Shown here one piece after another: positions 1 through 10,080 of a DNA stretch of 64,000 nucleotides. Every line of letters starts with the position of its first letter. Positions within the stretch are counted from its first letter, which is position 1. Origin of the DNA: an uncultured virus (IMG/VR IMGVR_UViG_3300029913_001576) (taxonomy: Duplodnaviria; Heunggongvirae; Uroviricota; Caudoviricetes); the IMG/VR virus record IMGVR_UViG_3300029913_001576. One strand, given 5' to 3'. Below the pieces are notes generated by a model, which was not told the DNA's origin, did no database searches, and was given only the letters and a program-made list of their open reading frames with translations. A program made the translations under genes and the position numbers.

Positions 1-373
1 CCTGAATCGCCTGTTGGGGGGTCATCCGGGAAGCTCGTTGGCCACCCATCCACCCCCACTTGGCCATTGCCAGCCAAAGTGCAGCGCTCGTCACGAAAAA
101 GAAGGTAATCGCGGCAAACACGACCAGTTGCCACGCAAGCGGAACGCCCCTCATTTGCCACTGCATCCACTCGATGGCCTCGGCTGTAGCTGCGGCGGAC
201 AGGTAAAACCCCACCAACGAGCCGACTGCGGAGGCGGCAATAGCGGCCAAGGTCGCGAAAAATAGCGAAGCACTCGCAAAAAACGTGCCTACGGCGAGGA
301 TGAATGACTCAAGGTGCTCCATGCTGTAAATTATGGGGGATCTCGGGGCACTGCTACCGGGACCTCGCACCGG

Positions 374-607
374 TTATCGGAGGCAGGGATCGCCGGCGGC
401 AAGCCTTTTGGCGATGTCCACGGCCTGCGACTCCACGCCAAGCCAGTCGTCGTAAGCCTCAGTTGCGGGAAACCCGTTCGCCTGGGATGTGACGATCCAA
501 GCGCCCTCACCGTCGCTCTCTGCCCAGAAGAACAGACCGGGCTGGGACGTTGACTCGAATTTGATCGGCTCCTTCGAGGGACTGGCGACGGCCGGGGATA
601 CGCTCAT
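374..607 (-). CDS. hypothetical protein
   Basis: 77-aa ORF; class-1 motif 4 nt upstream of ATG. Confidence 0.7.
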   Translation of the reverse strand: MSVSPAVASPSKEPIKFESTSQPGLFFWAESDGEGAWIVTSQANGFPATEAYDDWLGVESQAVDIAKRLAAGDPCLR

Positions 608-980
608 GGGGCAAGATGGCTGCGGAAAGTCTCGCTAGGGCGCCGCAAACGGGCAAGAAAGCCCGATAACGCCCTCAAATGGACCAAGTGGCTACTCCTC
701 CAGGCTTCGTCGATCAAATGCCCCAGCGGGGGGCGTGGAATGCCCCTGTGAGCGAGCCTGAGCCCTGTAGCTGGGACAATCAGGTCCTGTTGCCTGACGG
801 GAGGACAAGCTACGGGGTGTTCATGCCGGGAGCCGGATGGTACGTCCGGGACCGGTTCCTAGACGTTCTCGGGTGGCGGAAGCTGGACAACCGGCAGATC
901 ACCTGCGGGCGCGACCTGCGATCCCTCTAAGGAGGCCCCCCGGGGGGTGGGTAAACGGAGGGCGAAACGCCCACAGGCGT

Positions 981-1325
981 TCAAACCGGGTGCGAGTCCA
1001 GTTCCTCAATCGCCCTGCGGGCGTCGTGAGCGGACATCGTGGGGCGCACGTAACCGGCAGTCTGGATGCGGTTCCGGAACTCGGTCTTGACGGCGAGAAA
1101 CTTGTCAGCGCCCAGCATTTCAAGCTCGGAGGCAAAAAGGCCCTCCTGTGCGTGGTACCCCTCGACCTGCTCTAGCGCCCGGCGGTACTTCGCCGCCAGC
1201 TCGCGATTGCGCTCGCGGTACTTCTGGAGACGCTCGGAACTGCCCGCAGCGAGCCATGTGAAGAAGCCAGAGGCCAAGGCCGCAGCTACCGCGGAGCCCC
1301 CAGTGACAATGTTCGGGTCAATCAT
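981..1325 (-). CDS. small membrane-anchored coiled-coil protein
   Basis: N-terminal hydrophobic helix then charged helix; class-1 motif. Confidence 0.7.
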   Translation of the reverse strand: MIDPNIVTGGSAVAAALASGFFTWLAAGSSERLQKYRERNRELAAKYRRALEQVEGYHAQEGLFASELEMLGADKFLAVKTEFRNRIQTAGYVRPTMSAHDARRAIEELDSHPV

Positions 1326-2041
1326 ACCCCAAGATGGGAGGCGTCGGAATAGAGGTACAAATGCCGCAGGTCCCTCTCCCGCTCAACGGTCGCCGGAGAG
1401 AAGTCTCCCATGGCTGGCATGTCGAACCGCACGACCGCCTTTCCGTGACGCGTGCCGACGACCGTGCCGCAAAGGACCCCCGAGCGATTGAAGACGGGCG
1501 CAAGCCGAGGATCGCGGCACACAAAATGGACAAGGTTTCCGATGAGTGCGACCGGGTCGCCGGACGCAGGGACCATGTCGGCGCCGAACGTGTCGTGCGA
1601 ATGCCTGTCGGGCTGCATCAGGGCCTCGTCAGTGACAAGGATTGGGCTCGTGTAGTTCGAGAGGTTTTCGCCGCCATCGGCCTGCTGCACGACCTCTACG
1701 GGCAACGGATGCCCGTAGGTCGTGCCGTAGCGCTCATTGTAGCCCAGGAAGCGGATGCCGGTGAGGGCTTCCCATGCGCACGAGGTGGTGTGAAATGTGG
1801 ACTCGCGATTGATGAACCTCACGCGCCCGTCGATGGTGATGACCGCGCTCGACGCACTCATGCTGCTCCACAGCGTGAACCGGCGACCGGCGATGATAAC
1901 GTCATACCGGCTGTGCCAACCTGGGGCGGGGAAAGACGAAGGGACCTTGTGCCCGTTCAACCGCATCGTGCGGGTGTGCCATGCAAGCAGCCTTAGCGTC
2001 GGCACCGTGATCGTCCTGGGGCGGATGACTGTAGCGCTCAT
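1322..2041 (-). CDS. hypothetical protein
   Basis: 239 aa; CCCATAATTG-N4-ATG upstream; reads through the next class-1 motif. Confidence 0.65.
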   Translation of the reverse strand: MSATVIRPRTITVPTLRLLAWHTRTMRLNGHKVPSSFPAPGWHSRYDVIIAGRRFTLWSSMSASSAVITIDGRVRFINRESTFHTTSCAWEALTGIRFLGYNERYGTTYGHPLPVEVVQQADGGENLSNYTSPILVTDEALMQPDRHSHDTFGADMVPASGDPVALIGNLVHFVCRDPRLAPVFNRSGVLCGTVVGTRHGKAVVRFDMPAMGDFSPATVERERDLRHLYLYSDASHLGV

Positions 2042-2076
2042 GAGACAATTATGGGAGAACGGTGCGTGGATCGGGT

Positions 2077-2352
2077 TCAGGATGATACCCGTGGGCTGTC
2101 CTTGGAACGGGTTCCATTCCAGCGGTCGGCAAGTACCTGCCTCGCAAACTGCCAGTCCCTGCCGTCAAACCAGAAGTCTTGAACGAAGACCTTGCGAAAA
2201 ACTTCCCCGAACGAACAAACCCACTTCGCCAGGGCCACGATCAGCCCCCATGCAAGCGCGAGCAGGTAAACCACGGCGATCCCGATTGCGGCCAGAATAA
2301 CGAGTGCGCGGTGCCCCATAAGGGACGCATCGACTGAGGAAGTGGCGTGCAT
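2077..2352 (-). CDS. small membrane protein
   Basis: one TM stretch; class-1 motif. Confidence 0.6.
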   Translation of the reverse strand: MHATSSVDASLMGHRALVILAAIGIAVVYLLALAWGLIVALAKWVCSFGEVFRKVFVQDFWFDGRDWQFARQVLADRWNGTRSKDSPRVSS

Positions 2353-2355
2353 GAA

Positions 2356-2730
2356 TCAAGATGGCCTGACTGCGCGAAGCTCCAGAACGAGGGCGTCTCG
2401 GAGGAGGGCGCGGGCAACTTTGTCAGCCGCTCTCAAGACCCGCCGGCGGTTACCTGGGACCATAGGGGTCACGTCGGCCACGGGTTCCCACGAGGAATCG
2501 TCGCCAAGCCTGGAATATCGGGCTGCCTTCGCCTGCCTACCCACCTCGCCCTCCTCGGCCCCGTAGGCGTCGAGGTAAATCTGGGTGTGAGGGACCCTGA
2601 AAATCGAATGAAGCACGGCGCCATCGCTGCGAAGCGTCAGGCATTCGCCCGCCGGAGCCAAACGTGCAAGAGCCGCCGTAAGGGCGTGGCAATGGCCATT
2701 CGCGAAGTCGAACGTGAGGGAGGTATTCAC
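2356..2730 (-). CDS. hypothetical protein, possible Cys-His-Asp (papain-like) fold
   Basis: GTG start fixed by motif; FANGHCHALTAAL...VLHS...YLDAYG. Confidence 0.6.
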   Translation of the reverse strand: MNTSLTFDFANGHCHALTAALARLAPAGECLTLRSDGAVLHSIFRVPHTQIYLDAYGAEEGEVGRQAKAARYSRLGDDSSWEPVADVTPMVPGNRRRVLRAADKVARALLRDALVLELRAVRPS

Positions 2731-2755
2731 TCCCCAAGATGGCCGCCTCTCGGAA

Positions 2756-3124
2756 TCAGACCGCGAGAAGCAATTGGCCTGCCCGTTCGGGAACCTCTTC
2801 GCCGGGTGAGGAACTCCACATCGAGACACCGTGGCGAACCTTCGGGAGTAGCTCCAAAGCCTGTTCCACCGTCAAGGGCGTCATGTATGCCCGGTTATCT
2901 CGTGTCTGCGCCATGAGGTCGCCGTACGACTTGAACCGGGCGTGAGCCTCCGCGCTAAGCAGCAGGGATGCCGCCGTCTTGCTGGTATCGGCAGCGACGA
3001 CGCCCTCAATCCAGTCAGACTCCCCAACGACCTCGAACGAGACATGGAAGTAGCGTTCGCCGGAGCCAAGAATCGGAAGGCCGTCGGCGCGGTCAGTGCG
3101 GAAAGGGAGCGTCTTTGAGGGCAT
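2756..3124 (-). CDS. hypothetical protein
   Basis: start re-called to MPSKTLPF by class-1 motif. Confidence 0.65.
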   Translation of the reverse strand: MPSKTLPFRTDRADGLPILGSGERYFHVSFEVVGESDWIEGVVAADTSKTAASLLLSAEAHARFKSYGDLMAQTRDNRAYMTPLTVEQALELLPKVRHGVSMWSSSPGEEVPERAGQLLLAV

Positions 3125-3137
3125 GGCGCAAGATGGG

Positions 3138-3797
3138 TCACTCGTCACAGGTCCTCGAAACAAGGTTAAGGATACGCTGGAATAGCCCCACCCTGGGGGC
3201 GCTGTAGCGCAAGGGGTCAAGGGTCTCGTCCCAGTAGATGCCGTCGATCATCGGCGCAGAAGCGTCAAGCAACGCGGTAACCGCCGCGTCAAGCGTGTCG
3301 CAAAGCGCAACCGTGGTGCCTGGGTGTCGCTGACCCCAGTATGTGCAAAGCTGAACCGTGGGTGCCCAGCACAGGCACTCGCGCAAGCGGCCGCCCTCAA
3401 CAAGCTCGGCATGGGCCTCCGCCTTGGTGAGGTGCATCGTGAAACACGGTTCCCCGTCCTCGTTTGTCGCCCAACACTTGAATGCAAGGCGGCGCTCAAC
3501 TAACCCGCGAGCGGCGGCGATAGCCGTCAGTTGGTGCTTCGGGATGCTGTAGTAGTCCGCGAGGACGAACCCCCCGGGCTTAACGAGACTCCAAAGGGGG
3601 CGACCCCCAAGCTCTGCGATCATGAGCCAGGCGTCAGCAGTCTCCTCGTCGATGGAACAGGAAAGGCACGGCCCCTCATTGCTCGCGCCCCGCGTTGGCG
3701 CCAGAGGATTGTCGAGGAATCCGTAATGGAGCAGCGCTCCATCGTGGCAAACCGTCGGAATCTTCAGACCTGCTAGTGCAGGGGCGATAACGGGCAT
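3138..3797 (-). CDS. hypothetical protein (weak ART-like pattern)
   Basis: 219 aa; class-1 motif; LLHYG...CLSCS. Confidence 0.65.
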   Translation of the reverse strand: MPVIAPALAGLKIPTVCHDGALLHYGFLDNPLAPTRGASNEGPCLSCSIDEETADAWLMIAELGGRPLWSLVKPGGFVLADYYSIPKHQLTAIAAARGLVERRLAFKCWATNEDGEPCFTMHLTKAEAHAELVEGGRLRECLCWAPTVQLCTYWGQRHPGTTVALCDTLDAAVTALLDASAPMIDGIYWDETLDPLRYSAPRVGLFQRILNLVSRTCDE

Positions 3798-3824
3798 GGC
3801 GCAAGATGGCGCCTACTATGCCGC

Positions 3825-4046
3825 TTACCTGTCGCTGCGTATGCCAGCGAGGAAAGTTCCGTCGATAAATCCAGCCTCTGAGAAGAAGCAGGCGACCGCG
3901 GAAACGATAACCGCCAAAAGGGAGACGACGGCAGCGACGATCATGAGAGCGTGCGGCGCGGTTCCGTGTGAGGCCCTGAGGATGGTCACTGCGCTGAACA
4001 GGAGCACAAGGGAGAGGGAGGCGAAAAGCCAGGTGGTCTTCTTCAT
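3825..4046 (-). CDS. small two-TM membrane protein
   Basis: MKKTTWLFASL...; two hydrophobic helices. Confidence 0.55.
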   Translation of the reverse strand: MKKTTWLFASLSLVLLFSAVTILRASHGTAPHALMIVAAVVSLLAVIVSAVACFFSEAGFIDGTFLAGIRSDR

Positions 4047-4111
4047 GAGGGGGAGGGAATAGGGGAGATTGCGGTGCGAGAGACAGAGATGCGAGGCCGG
4101 AATCGGCGGGA

Positions 4112-4327
4112 TCAGGCGGCCCTCCGCTGGTGCGGAAGCCGGTGGTGGGCGAAGTCGCGGATGCGCTTCTTCCATTCCGCGTCCTTGTCCTTCTTGCGCT
4201 GGGGACCGCCGAAAGCGCCCTTGGTCGTGGGGCGGGGACCGGACGGGCCGGACGGGCTGCGCCAGAACGCCTCAGAGCCGAAGAAGTGGTCGCAGGACGG
4301 GTACGCGCGAATGAGGTACGGGTTCAT
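4112..4327 (-). CDS. small basic hypothetical protein
   Basis: class-1 motif then ACG-ATG. Confidence 0.5.
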   Translation of the reverse strand: MNPYLIRAYPSCDHFFGSEAFWRSPSGPSGPRPTTKGAFGGPQRKKDKDAEWKKRIRDFAHHRLPHQRRAA

Positions 4328-4353
4328 CGTGAGACAAGATGGCGGAGGTTCGC

Positions 4354-4644
4354 CTACCAGTTGGTCTGGTTGATGAAGACCCACTTATCGGCGGGTGCCG
4401 GGTCTCCCGGGCGGCGCATCTGGTCGCGGCCGAAAATGGTAACTGCGCCGGGATCGGCCGGCCAGATGATGACGACCAGGTCGCCACCAAAGCCAACGCC
4501 ATCCGTCATGTAGCCTCGAACGAGGCCGACAACGGGGTTGTGGGCAGCGACCTCCTCGTAGGTTTCGCCCGTGTGCTCGGCGTAAGCCCGGGCAACAGCG
4601 TCCTTGATGTCCTGAGGGCAGGGTTCGAACTTTGAGGCGCTCAC
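4354..4644 (-). CDS. hypothetical protein
   Basis: GTG start overlaps upstream TGA. Confidence 0.6.
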   Translation of the reverse strand: MSASKFEPCPQDIKDAVARAYAEHTGETYEEVAAHNPVVGLVRGYMTDGVGFGGDLVVIIWPADPGAVTIFGRDQMRRPGDPAPADKWVFINQTNW

Positions 4645-5082
4645 GAAATTGATCCTTCAGCGTAGGCAATAGCTTCCTCTACTGCGGTTCTGATCTCGGC
4701 ATTCAGACTCACCAAAGGCAGTCCGGAGCCTTCGTCGTGAGCTTCGATGGTGGCGTTATCGTCGGCCAACACGAGCCTGAGCGCGAGCAGCAGTTTCCGT
4801 TTGGCCACAAATTCGTTCCACTGGTGCGCGAGAACAGAGTTCTCAAGGTGCTCAGCGTTGAAGTGAGCCTCGCGCCACCGGGCGTCCTGTTTGCGCCCCT
4901 GGGGAATCCCGAGCGCCGTCTGCCAGAATGGGTTGTCCTTGGTGTAGTCGATGAACGCGGCGTCATCGTACGCAGCAACGTCCATGAAGTCCGGGATGCG
5001 GACGAAACCGGGGCGGACAGGGCGGGATTGGTCGAGGTGATTATCCCTTGAAGACATGTAAGGAACGTGATTGATTAGGTGC

Positions 5083-5961
5083 ATGAAATACAGCCTGATG
5101 GACTTCCAAGACCAATTCCCCGATGACCGCAGCGTGCTGGACTACCTGTTTGCCAGCCGCTTCCCGAAGTCGTTTCCCTGCCCTGAGTGCGGCAAGACAG
5201 ACTGCTTTTACCCAGTTGAGAAACGCCGCTCTTACTCCTGCTCTTGGTGCGGCCATCAGGTCTATCCGACCGCTGGCACGATCTTCCACAAGTCCAGCAC
5301 TAGCCTGCGCCTCTGGTTCTTCGCCATCTTCCTGATGTCCAACTCTCGCAACGGGGTGGCCGCTAAGGAACTGGAAAGGCAACTCGGCGTCACCTACAAG
5401 ACCGCGTGGCGCATGGCCCACGAGATTCGCAAGCTGACGGGTGGCAGGCCCCCGAAGTTCAAGGGTGAGGTCGAAGCCGACGAAACCTACATTGGCGGCA
5501 AGCGGAAGGGAAAGCGTGGCCGTGGAGCCGCTGGCAAGACGGCGGTCGTTGGCGTGGTCAACCGCTCCGGTGGCGTCGTCGCTGTGGTCGCTCCTGTCGT
5601 CAATACGGCCCACGCTATGTCCAACCTGCTCAAGACCACGGAGCAGGGCGCAACGGTCCACACGGACGAACTGAACGTCTATAACCTCGTTGGGAAGCTC
5701 GGGTTCAAGCACCACGTTGTCAGGCACGGCTCTGGCGAGTACGTGCGCGGCAACTGCCACACCAACTCCATCGAAGGGTTTTGGAGCCAACTCAAGCGGT
5801 CGATTGACGGGACGCATCATCATGTCAGCGCGAAGCATCTCCAGAAGTACGTGAACGAGTTCGCTTTCCGGTACTCGAACCGCTACGCGAGCGAGGACGG
5901 GACAACGATGTTCGCTTTGATGGCGGGTAGGGCACCTTTGCCGCGAGACGCAGCAGCTTGA
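5083..5961 (+). CDS. tnp: IS1595-family DDE transposase
   Basis: Zn ribbon CPECG...CSWC; VEADETYIGG, VHTDE, HTNSIEGFWSQLKR, YVNEFAFRY. Confidence 0.95.
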   Translation: MKYSLMDFQDQFPDDRSVLDYLFASRFPKSFPCPECGKTDCFYPVEKRRSYSCSWCGHQVYPTAGTIFHKSSTSLRLWFFAIFLMSNSRNGVAAKELERQLGVTYKTAWRMAHEIRKLTGGRPPKFKGEVEADETYIGGKRKGKRGRGAAGKTAVVGVVNRSGGVVAVVAPVVNTAHAMSNLLKTTEQGATVHTDELNVYNLVGKLGFKHHVVRHGSGEYVRGNCHTNSIEGFWSQLKRSIDGTHHHVSAKHLQKYVNEFAFRYSNRYASEDGTTMFALMAGRAPLPRDAAA

Positions 5962-5982
5962 AGAAACGTGTTTTTGATGCGC

Positions 5983-6507
5983 TCACGTTCCCACCTCCGC
6001 AATGCAGATAGTGTCATTGTGAGCGCCACCGTGAGCAACCATCAGGATTTCAACGATTTCAAACCCACGCTCTTTGCCCATTCCCGCGCTATTCCAGCCA
6101 AAGGACAAGACGGTTGCTCCGCGCCTAAGGCACCCCATCGCCGCATCCCTGGTTCGCTTGTAGAGCGCCCCATTTTGGGTTTGCTGCATCGACGCCCGTA
6201 TTCCAACGGAATCGTAGCATTCGGACATCTGGCGCGGGGAATAAGGTGGGTCGAAAAGCAAGAGGTCGGCGCTGACTCCATCGGCTTGCAGCACGTTAAG
6301 AAACTCCCACGATTCAAGATGCCGTTTGGCCCTGGTCTTGGGGTTCAGATCGTTTGTGAGCGTCGCCAAATCACAATTGCGAGCGAACGGATCGACGCTG
6401 ATCTTGCTGGCAGCGAGGTAGCGGCTTACAAACTCCCTGATGGGAGGAATGCTGAACGTGTCGGCGTTAGGCATCGCCCAAACGCGATTGAATTTAATGG
6501 CGGTCAT
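5983..6507 (-). CDS. putative amino (N6-adenine/N4-cytosine) DNA methyltransferase, IS passenger
   Basis: VDPFA SAM-binding motif, catalytic DPPY, phage-type WAMPN and HGGAHNDTI motifs. Confidence 0.75.
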   Translation of the reverse strand: MTAIKFNRVWAMPNADTFSIPPIREFVSRYLAASKISVDPFARNCDLATLTNDLNPKTRAKRHLESWEFLNVLQADGVSADLLLFDPPYSPRQMSECYDSVGIRASMQQTQNGALYKRTRDAAMGCLRRGATVLSFGWNSAGMGKERGFEIVEILMVAHGGAHNDTICIAEVGT

Positions 6508-6602
6508 GGCCTTCAATGTATCATGCCTTGTTACGTGTCGCAATGGGATACTCGCCTTGGTCGAAGTCGTTCATAGGCGCGTGGGCGTGGAGCAAGATGG
6601 GG

Positions 6603-7466
6603 TCAGTCCTTGGTCGCCGCCGTGATTCCGGCGCGGGCCAGCGTCAGGATACCCTTGAGCTTCAGCGTGCGCTGCGCCTCGGTGTCGCTTAGGGCGTCTA
6701 CGGCAACGGTCTCGATGTTGCGAAACAGCCCGAGGAGCTTGGCGTGGGCGTTGCAGGCGCGGATGATGAAGTCTGCCTTCGCGGGATTGGCGTAGCAAAG
6801 TAGCTCGCCCTGCTCACGGTCCTGAATCTCTGCCACCTCTTCCGAGCGGGGAGGTTTTTCGTTCGTCAGCAAAGCCTCGTAGGAGTCGAGCACCGCATAA
6901 GCGGCGATCACTCCAATTGCAGCGCGCGGCCCGGTGGCCAGTGCGTCGGCGGTAGCTGCCTCCTGGGTCGTGGCGAAGGGATTCGCCGCGTCGAAACCGC
7001 GCAGGAACTCCAAGACGCTAGGATATTCCCGAAAGCTGTCCATCTCCCGTTTCACGTTGCTCGAAAGCGTGCAGGGCGAGTCGAGGCTGACAGGGAGTGC
7101 TGCGTCGTCCGTCACAAGGAACTCGATCTCGCCGATGGTTCGCGAGTACGCCTCGCATCCTCCGCCTGTGGCCATGGAGGCGAACCGCTTGCTGGCCATC
7201 GCGACTGCAACCGCGAGATAGCCAACGGACAGGTCGGCGGGAAAAGTAGATAGGGTGTCCGTGGTTTTTCCGGAGACATACTGCACCCCTACGTTGAACG
7301 CATCGCCGTCGAACCCGGCTGCGACATACGCGTCCGCGTCGGCGTCAACGGGGAGCGACAGGAAGAACGGGTACTCGATGTTGGCCCTGAACCCGGCATC
7401 GCTAAGGACGGCGGCAATTGAGCGCAGTCGGGTCTCGTTGTCGGGCCGTGTGGCGGAAGTGGGCAT
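6603..7466 (-). CDS. hypothetical protein
   Basis: 287 aa; C-terminal ADFIIRACNAH phage-type motif. Confidence 0.7.
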   Translation of the reverse strand: MPTSATRPDNETRLRSIAAVLSDAGFRANIEYPFFLSLPVDADADAYVAAGFDGDAFNVGVQYVSGKTTDTLSTFPADLSVGYLAVAVAMASKRFASMATGGGCEAYSRTIGEIEFLVTDDAALPVSLDSPCTLSSNVKREMDSFREYPSVLEFLRGFDAANPFATTQEAATADALATGPRAAIGVIAAYAVLDSYEALLTNEKPPRSEEVAEIQDREQGELLCYANPAKADFIIRACNAHAKLLGLFRNIETVAVDALSDTEAQRTLKLKGILTLARAGITAATKD

Positions 7467-7508
7467 GGGAGGGGGGCGGAACTACGGCAAGATGGTTCGG
7501 GCGAGAGG

Positions 7509-7775
7509 TCAGACGGGCTCGCAGGAGAGGAGGTCGTAATGGGGAACCGAAACCTCGCTCCGGGGCACACGCTTGCCGGAGAGCGTGAGCGATTCCTTCG
7601 CCGCGTTCCACGTGGCGACCACATCGGCGGCCACTGGAGCGGTGAACACGAAGCACTTCATGCCGAAGGTCCGGCGCTTCTCCGACCACTTGAAGATTCG
7701 CACGAAGGCCCGGGCCTGGCCCTTGATCTTCACGCGGTAGCGAGTGGCGGGTTTAAGGGGAAGGGTTGGGCTCAT
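7509..7775 (-). CDS. hypothetical protein
   Basis: 88 aa; class-1 motif 29 nt upstream. Confidence 0.6.
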   Translation of the reverse strand: MSPTLPLKPATRYRVKIKGQARAFVRIFKWSEKRRTFGMKCFVFTAPVAADVVATWNAAKESLTLSGKRVPRSEVSVPHYDLLSCEPV

Positions 7776-7832
7776 GGAGGAGGTGGTGGGGTTGCGTTCT
7801 GGAGCAAGATGGCGCGGCTAATGCCCCGCGCC

Positions 7833-10040
7833 CTAGCGAAGCTCGTAGATTTCCACAAGTGCGACGCCCGTTGCGCCGTTCGCACCCGTCACCTGCGCCG
7901 TGTAGGCCCCCGTGGGGAGCGTCACGACTATTGCCGAGTCGTTGGAGCCGGAAGTCAGGGCGAAAGCGCCAACCTTCGCGGAAAGGGCTGCCGTGAGCGG
8001 TTGTATCACAATCCCGCCTGTCGCGGCGTTGCCCGCCGTGGGAGCGTTGTTCCACCCGCTGTTAATGGCAACCGTGCCCGCGCCGTTCGAGAGAGTCAGA
8101 GTCGCGTTCGTGAGCGCACCGGAGAGCCCGAAACCCGCAAGGGCGGGACCGTCGCCACGAATGATGACCGTCTGCGGCGTGTTGCCCCCGATCACGAAGC
8201 CGCCAATCAGGATGTTTGCCCCTGTGCCGACATAGGCGCGGGCCGAAATGTTTATCAGGCGGCTGGCGGGTGCGCCTGAATCGGCGTCGTAAATCTCGGC
8301 AAGGGCGACCCCGTTGTTGCTGGTCGATGAGGCGACTTGCGCTGTGTACGCACCGGGAGCGAGCGTCTCAAGCAACGCCGTGTCGTGCGACCCGGAGGTT
8401 AAGCCAAAGGCCCCCACCTGTGCAAATGTGCCATTCAGGGAGGTGGACCAATCGGCTGTGGCCGCAACCGTCGTGTTACCCTCAACGAGCGTAAGCGTCG
8501 GGTCAGCGAGGTAGTCTGAGATGCTGAACGCAGCGAGGGAAGGACCGTCGCCGCGAATCAGTACGGACTTGGCAGAGGCGCCAGTGGTCACAAACCCCGC
8601 GATTAGCTCGTTTGCGCCTGTCTCCGCATAGGCGCGGGCTGAGAGGTTCACAAGCCATGCGTCGGTCGTCACCGTGAGCGTTCCGGCGTCAGTCGAGACG
8701 GAAGCCTCGGTGGCGCTTGAAGCGGCAACCGTGTAGTCGCCTTGGTTGGCGGCTGTGGGGTTGACCGTCCATTGGTATGAAGTGGCCCCCGCGATAGCGG
8801 CTCCATTCAAGTACCACTGGAAGCTCGTCGGGTTTCCCGTTGTCGTGGCAGTAAGGGTGATCGGCGAGGAACCGTTCGTTACGGAACCAGAGGGAAGAGG
8901 CTGAGCAACCGACACCGTGATCGGCGCTACAGGCGGCGTGAACGTGCCCTTGCTGATCGTGTTGCCGCTGCTGTTGGTGACATAGATGTTTCCATTCTGG
9001 TCGATGGCGATGCCACACGGGGAACTGAAGCCTGCCTTGGGACCTGCACCCTGGTCGCCGTCCGTCATTCCCGGCTCTCCTGCGCAGGTGGTGACGACAG
9101 CGTCGGGAGTGATCCGGCGGACAAGCTCGCCATCGGAGTCGGTGACAAGCAGGTTGCCGTTCGTGTCGAAGGCGAGGAAGGCCGGACCCGCAAAGGAAGC
9201 CGCCGAACCGGTTCCATCTTGGCAAATCTGCATATCCCGGGCCGTGCCCGCGAAAGTCGTCACGACGCCTGCCGGGGTCAGCTTGCGGATCGTGTTGTTG
9301 CCCGTGTCGGTGATGAAGAGGTTGCCAGCGGCGTCGAGAGCCAAACCGCCCGGCTCGTAGAAGCTCGCCGCCGAACCTGTGCCGTCTGAACTGCCCTTTA
9401 CGCCAGCGGTGCCCGCGATGGTGGTTACGACACCTCCAGCCGTGACTTTGCGGATCGTGTTGTTGCCGCTGTCGGCAACGTAGATCGTCCCATTGGCGTC
9501 AATCGCCATGCCACCCGGGGAGTTGAACTGAGCGGCTGCGCCCGTTCCATCTGCGCCACCAACGGTGTTCAATGTGCCCGCGAAGAGCGCGATTGTTCCC
9601 GCAGGGGAAATCTTCCAGATGACGTTCTGCATGGTGTCTGTCGCATAGACATTGCCAGCGGCGTCGAGCTTAACGTCCGAGATGAGTTGCAGGGGGCCGA
9701 TGCCCGCGAAGGTCGTGACGACGCCCGCCGGGGTGACCTTGCGAATCCGAAAGTTGCCTCCATCCGCGACGTAGATGTTGCCTGCGGCGTCGAGGCCGAT
9801 GCCCTGCGGCCCGTTAAAAGCAGCCGTCGTGCCGGTGCCGTCGAGGTAATGGGGGGCGCTGAAGGGGCCGGAGCCTCCGCCCGCTAGCGTCGAGAACGTG
9901 TACGTCGGCGTATAGGTGAGCGAGCCCGTGACCACAGTGGGGCTCTCGGAAATGGGCTTGCTGCCGACTGCGGCGTCAACCAGTGAGGCAGACACCGTGA
10001 GAAGGAAGGCGACCAGTGAAATGCGAAGGGTAGCGTTCAT
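7833..10040 (-). CDS. secreted NHL-repeat beta-propeller / Ig-domain protein with Opitutaceae-type tandem C-terminal domains
   Basis: Signal peptide; repeats PxGIxxDxxGNxYVADxxNxxIRKxT; FQWYLNG...GDYTV Ig domain; two L(V/I)N(L/I)SARA...GVALxEIY domains; start re-called by motif. Confidence 0.9.
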   Translation of the reverse strand: MNATLRISLVAFLLTVSASLVDAAVGSKPISESPTVVTGSLTYTPTYTFSTLAGGGSGPFSAPHYLDGTGTTAAFNGPQGIGLDAAGNIYVADGGNFRIRKVTPAGVVTTFAGIGPLQLISDVKLDAAGNVYATDTMQNVIWKISPAGTIALFAGTLNTVGGADGTGAAAQFNSPGGMAIDANGTIYVADSGNNTIRKVTAGGVVTTIAGTAGVKGSSDGTGSAASFYEPGGLALDAAGNLFITDTGNNTIRKLTPAGVVTTFAGTARDMQICQDGTGSAASFAGPAFLAFDTNGNLLVTDSDGELVRRITPDAVVTTCAGEPGMTDGDQGAGPKAGFSSPCGIAIDQNGNIYVTNSSGNTISKGTFTPPVAPITVSVAQPLPSGSVTNGSSPITLTATTTGNPTSFQWYLNGAAIAGATSYQWTVNPTAANQGDYTVAASSATEASVSTDAGTLTVTTDAWLVNLSARAYAETGANELIAGFVTTGASAKSVLIRGDGPSLAAFSISDYLADPTLTLVEGNTTVAATADWSTSLNGTFAQVGAFGLTSGSHDTALLETLAPGAYTAQVASSTSNNGVALAEIYDADSGAPASRLINISARAYVGTGANILIGGFVIGGNTPQTVIIRGDGPALAGFGLSGALTNATLTLSNGAGTVAINSGWNNAPTAGNAATGGIVIQPLTAALSAKVGAFALTSGSNDSAIVVTLPTGAYTAQVTGANGATGVALVEIYELR

Positions 10041-10080
10041 GTAAGGCAAGATGGGAGGGCGCAGGAAGAGGGCCTGCGGG

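Larger units (their letters stand above)
5036..6556 (+). mobile_element. IS1595-family insertion sequence (1521 bp) with passenger gene
   Basis: Imperfect 26-bp terminal IRs (GGTGATTATCCCTTGAAGACATGTAA at 5036-5061 vs reverse complement of 6531-6556; 19/26 identical); 8-bp direct repeat TTGGTCGA at 5028-5035 and 6557-6564. Confidence 0.93.
4641..6574 (-). pseudogene. hypothetical gene interrupted by the IS1595-family element
   Basis: Removing the IS plus one TSD copy restores MNDFDQ|SRPVRPGFVRIPDF... in frame. Confidence 0.85.
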
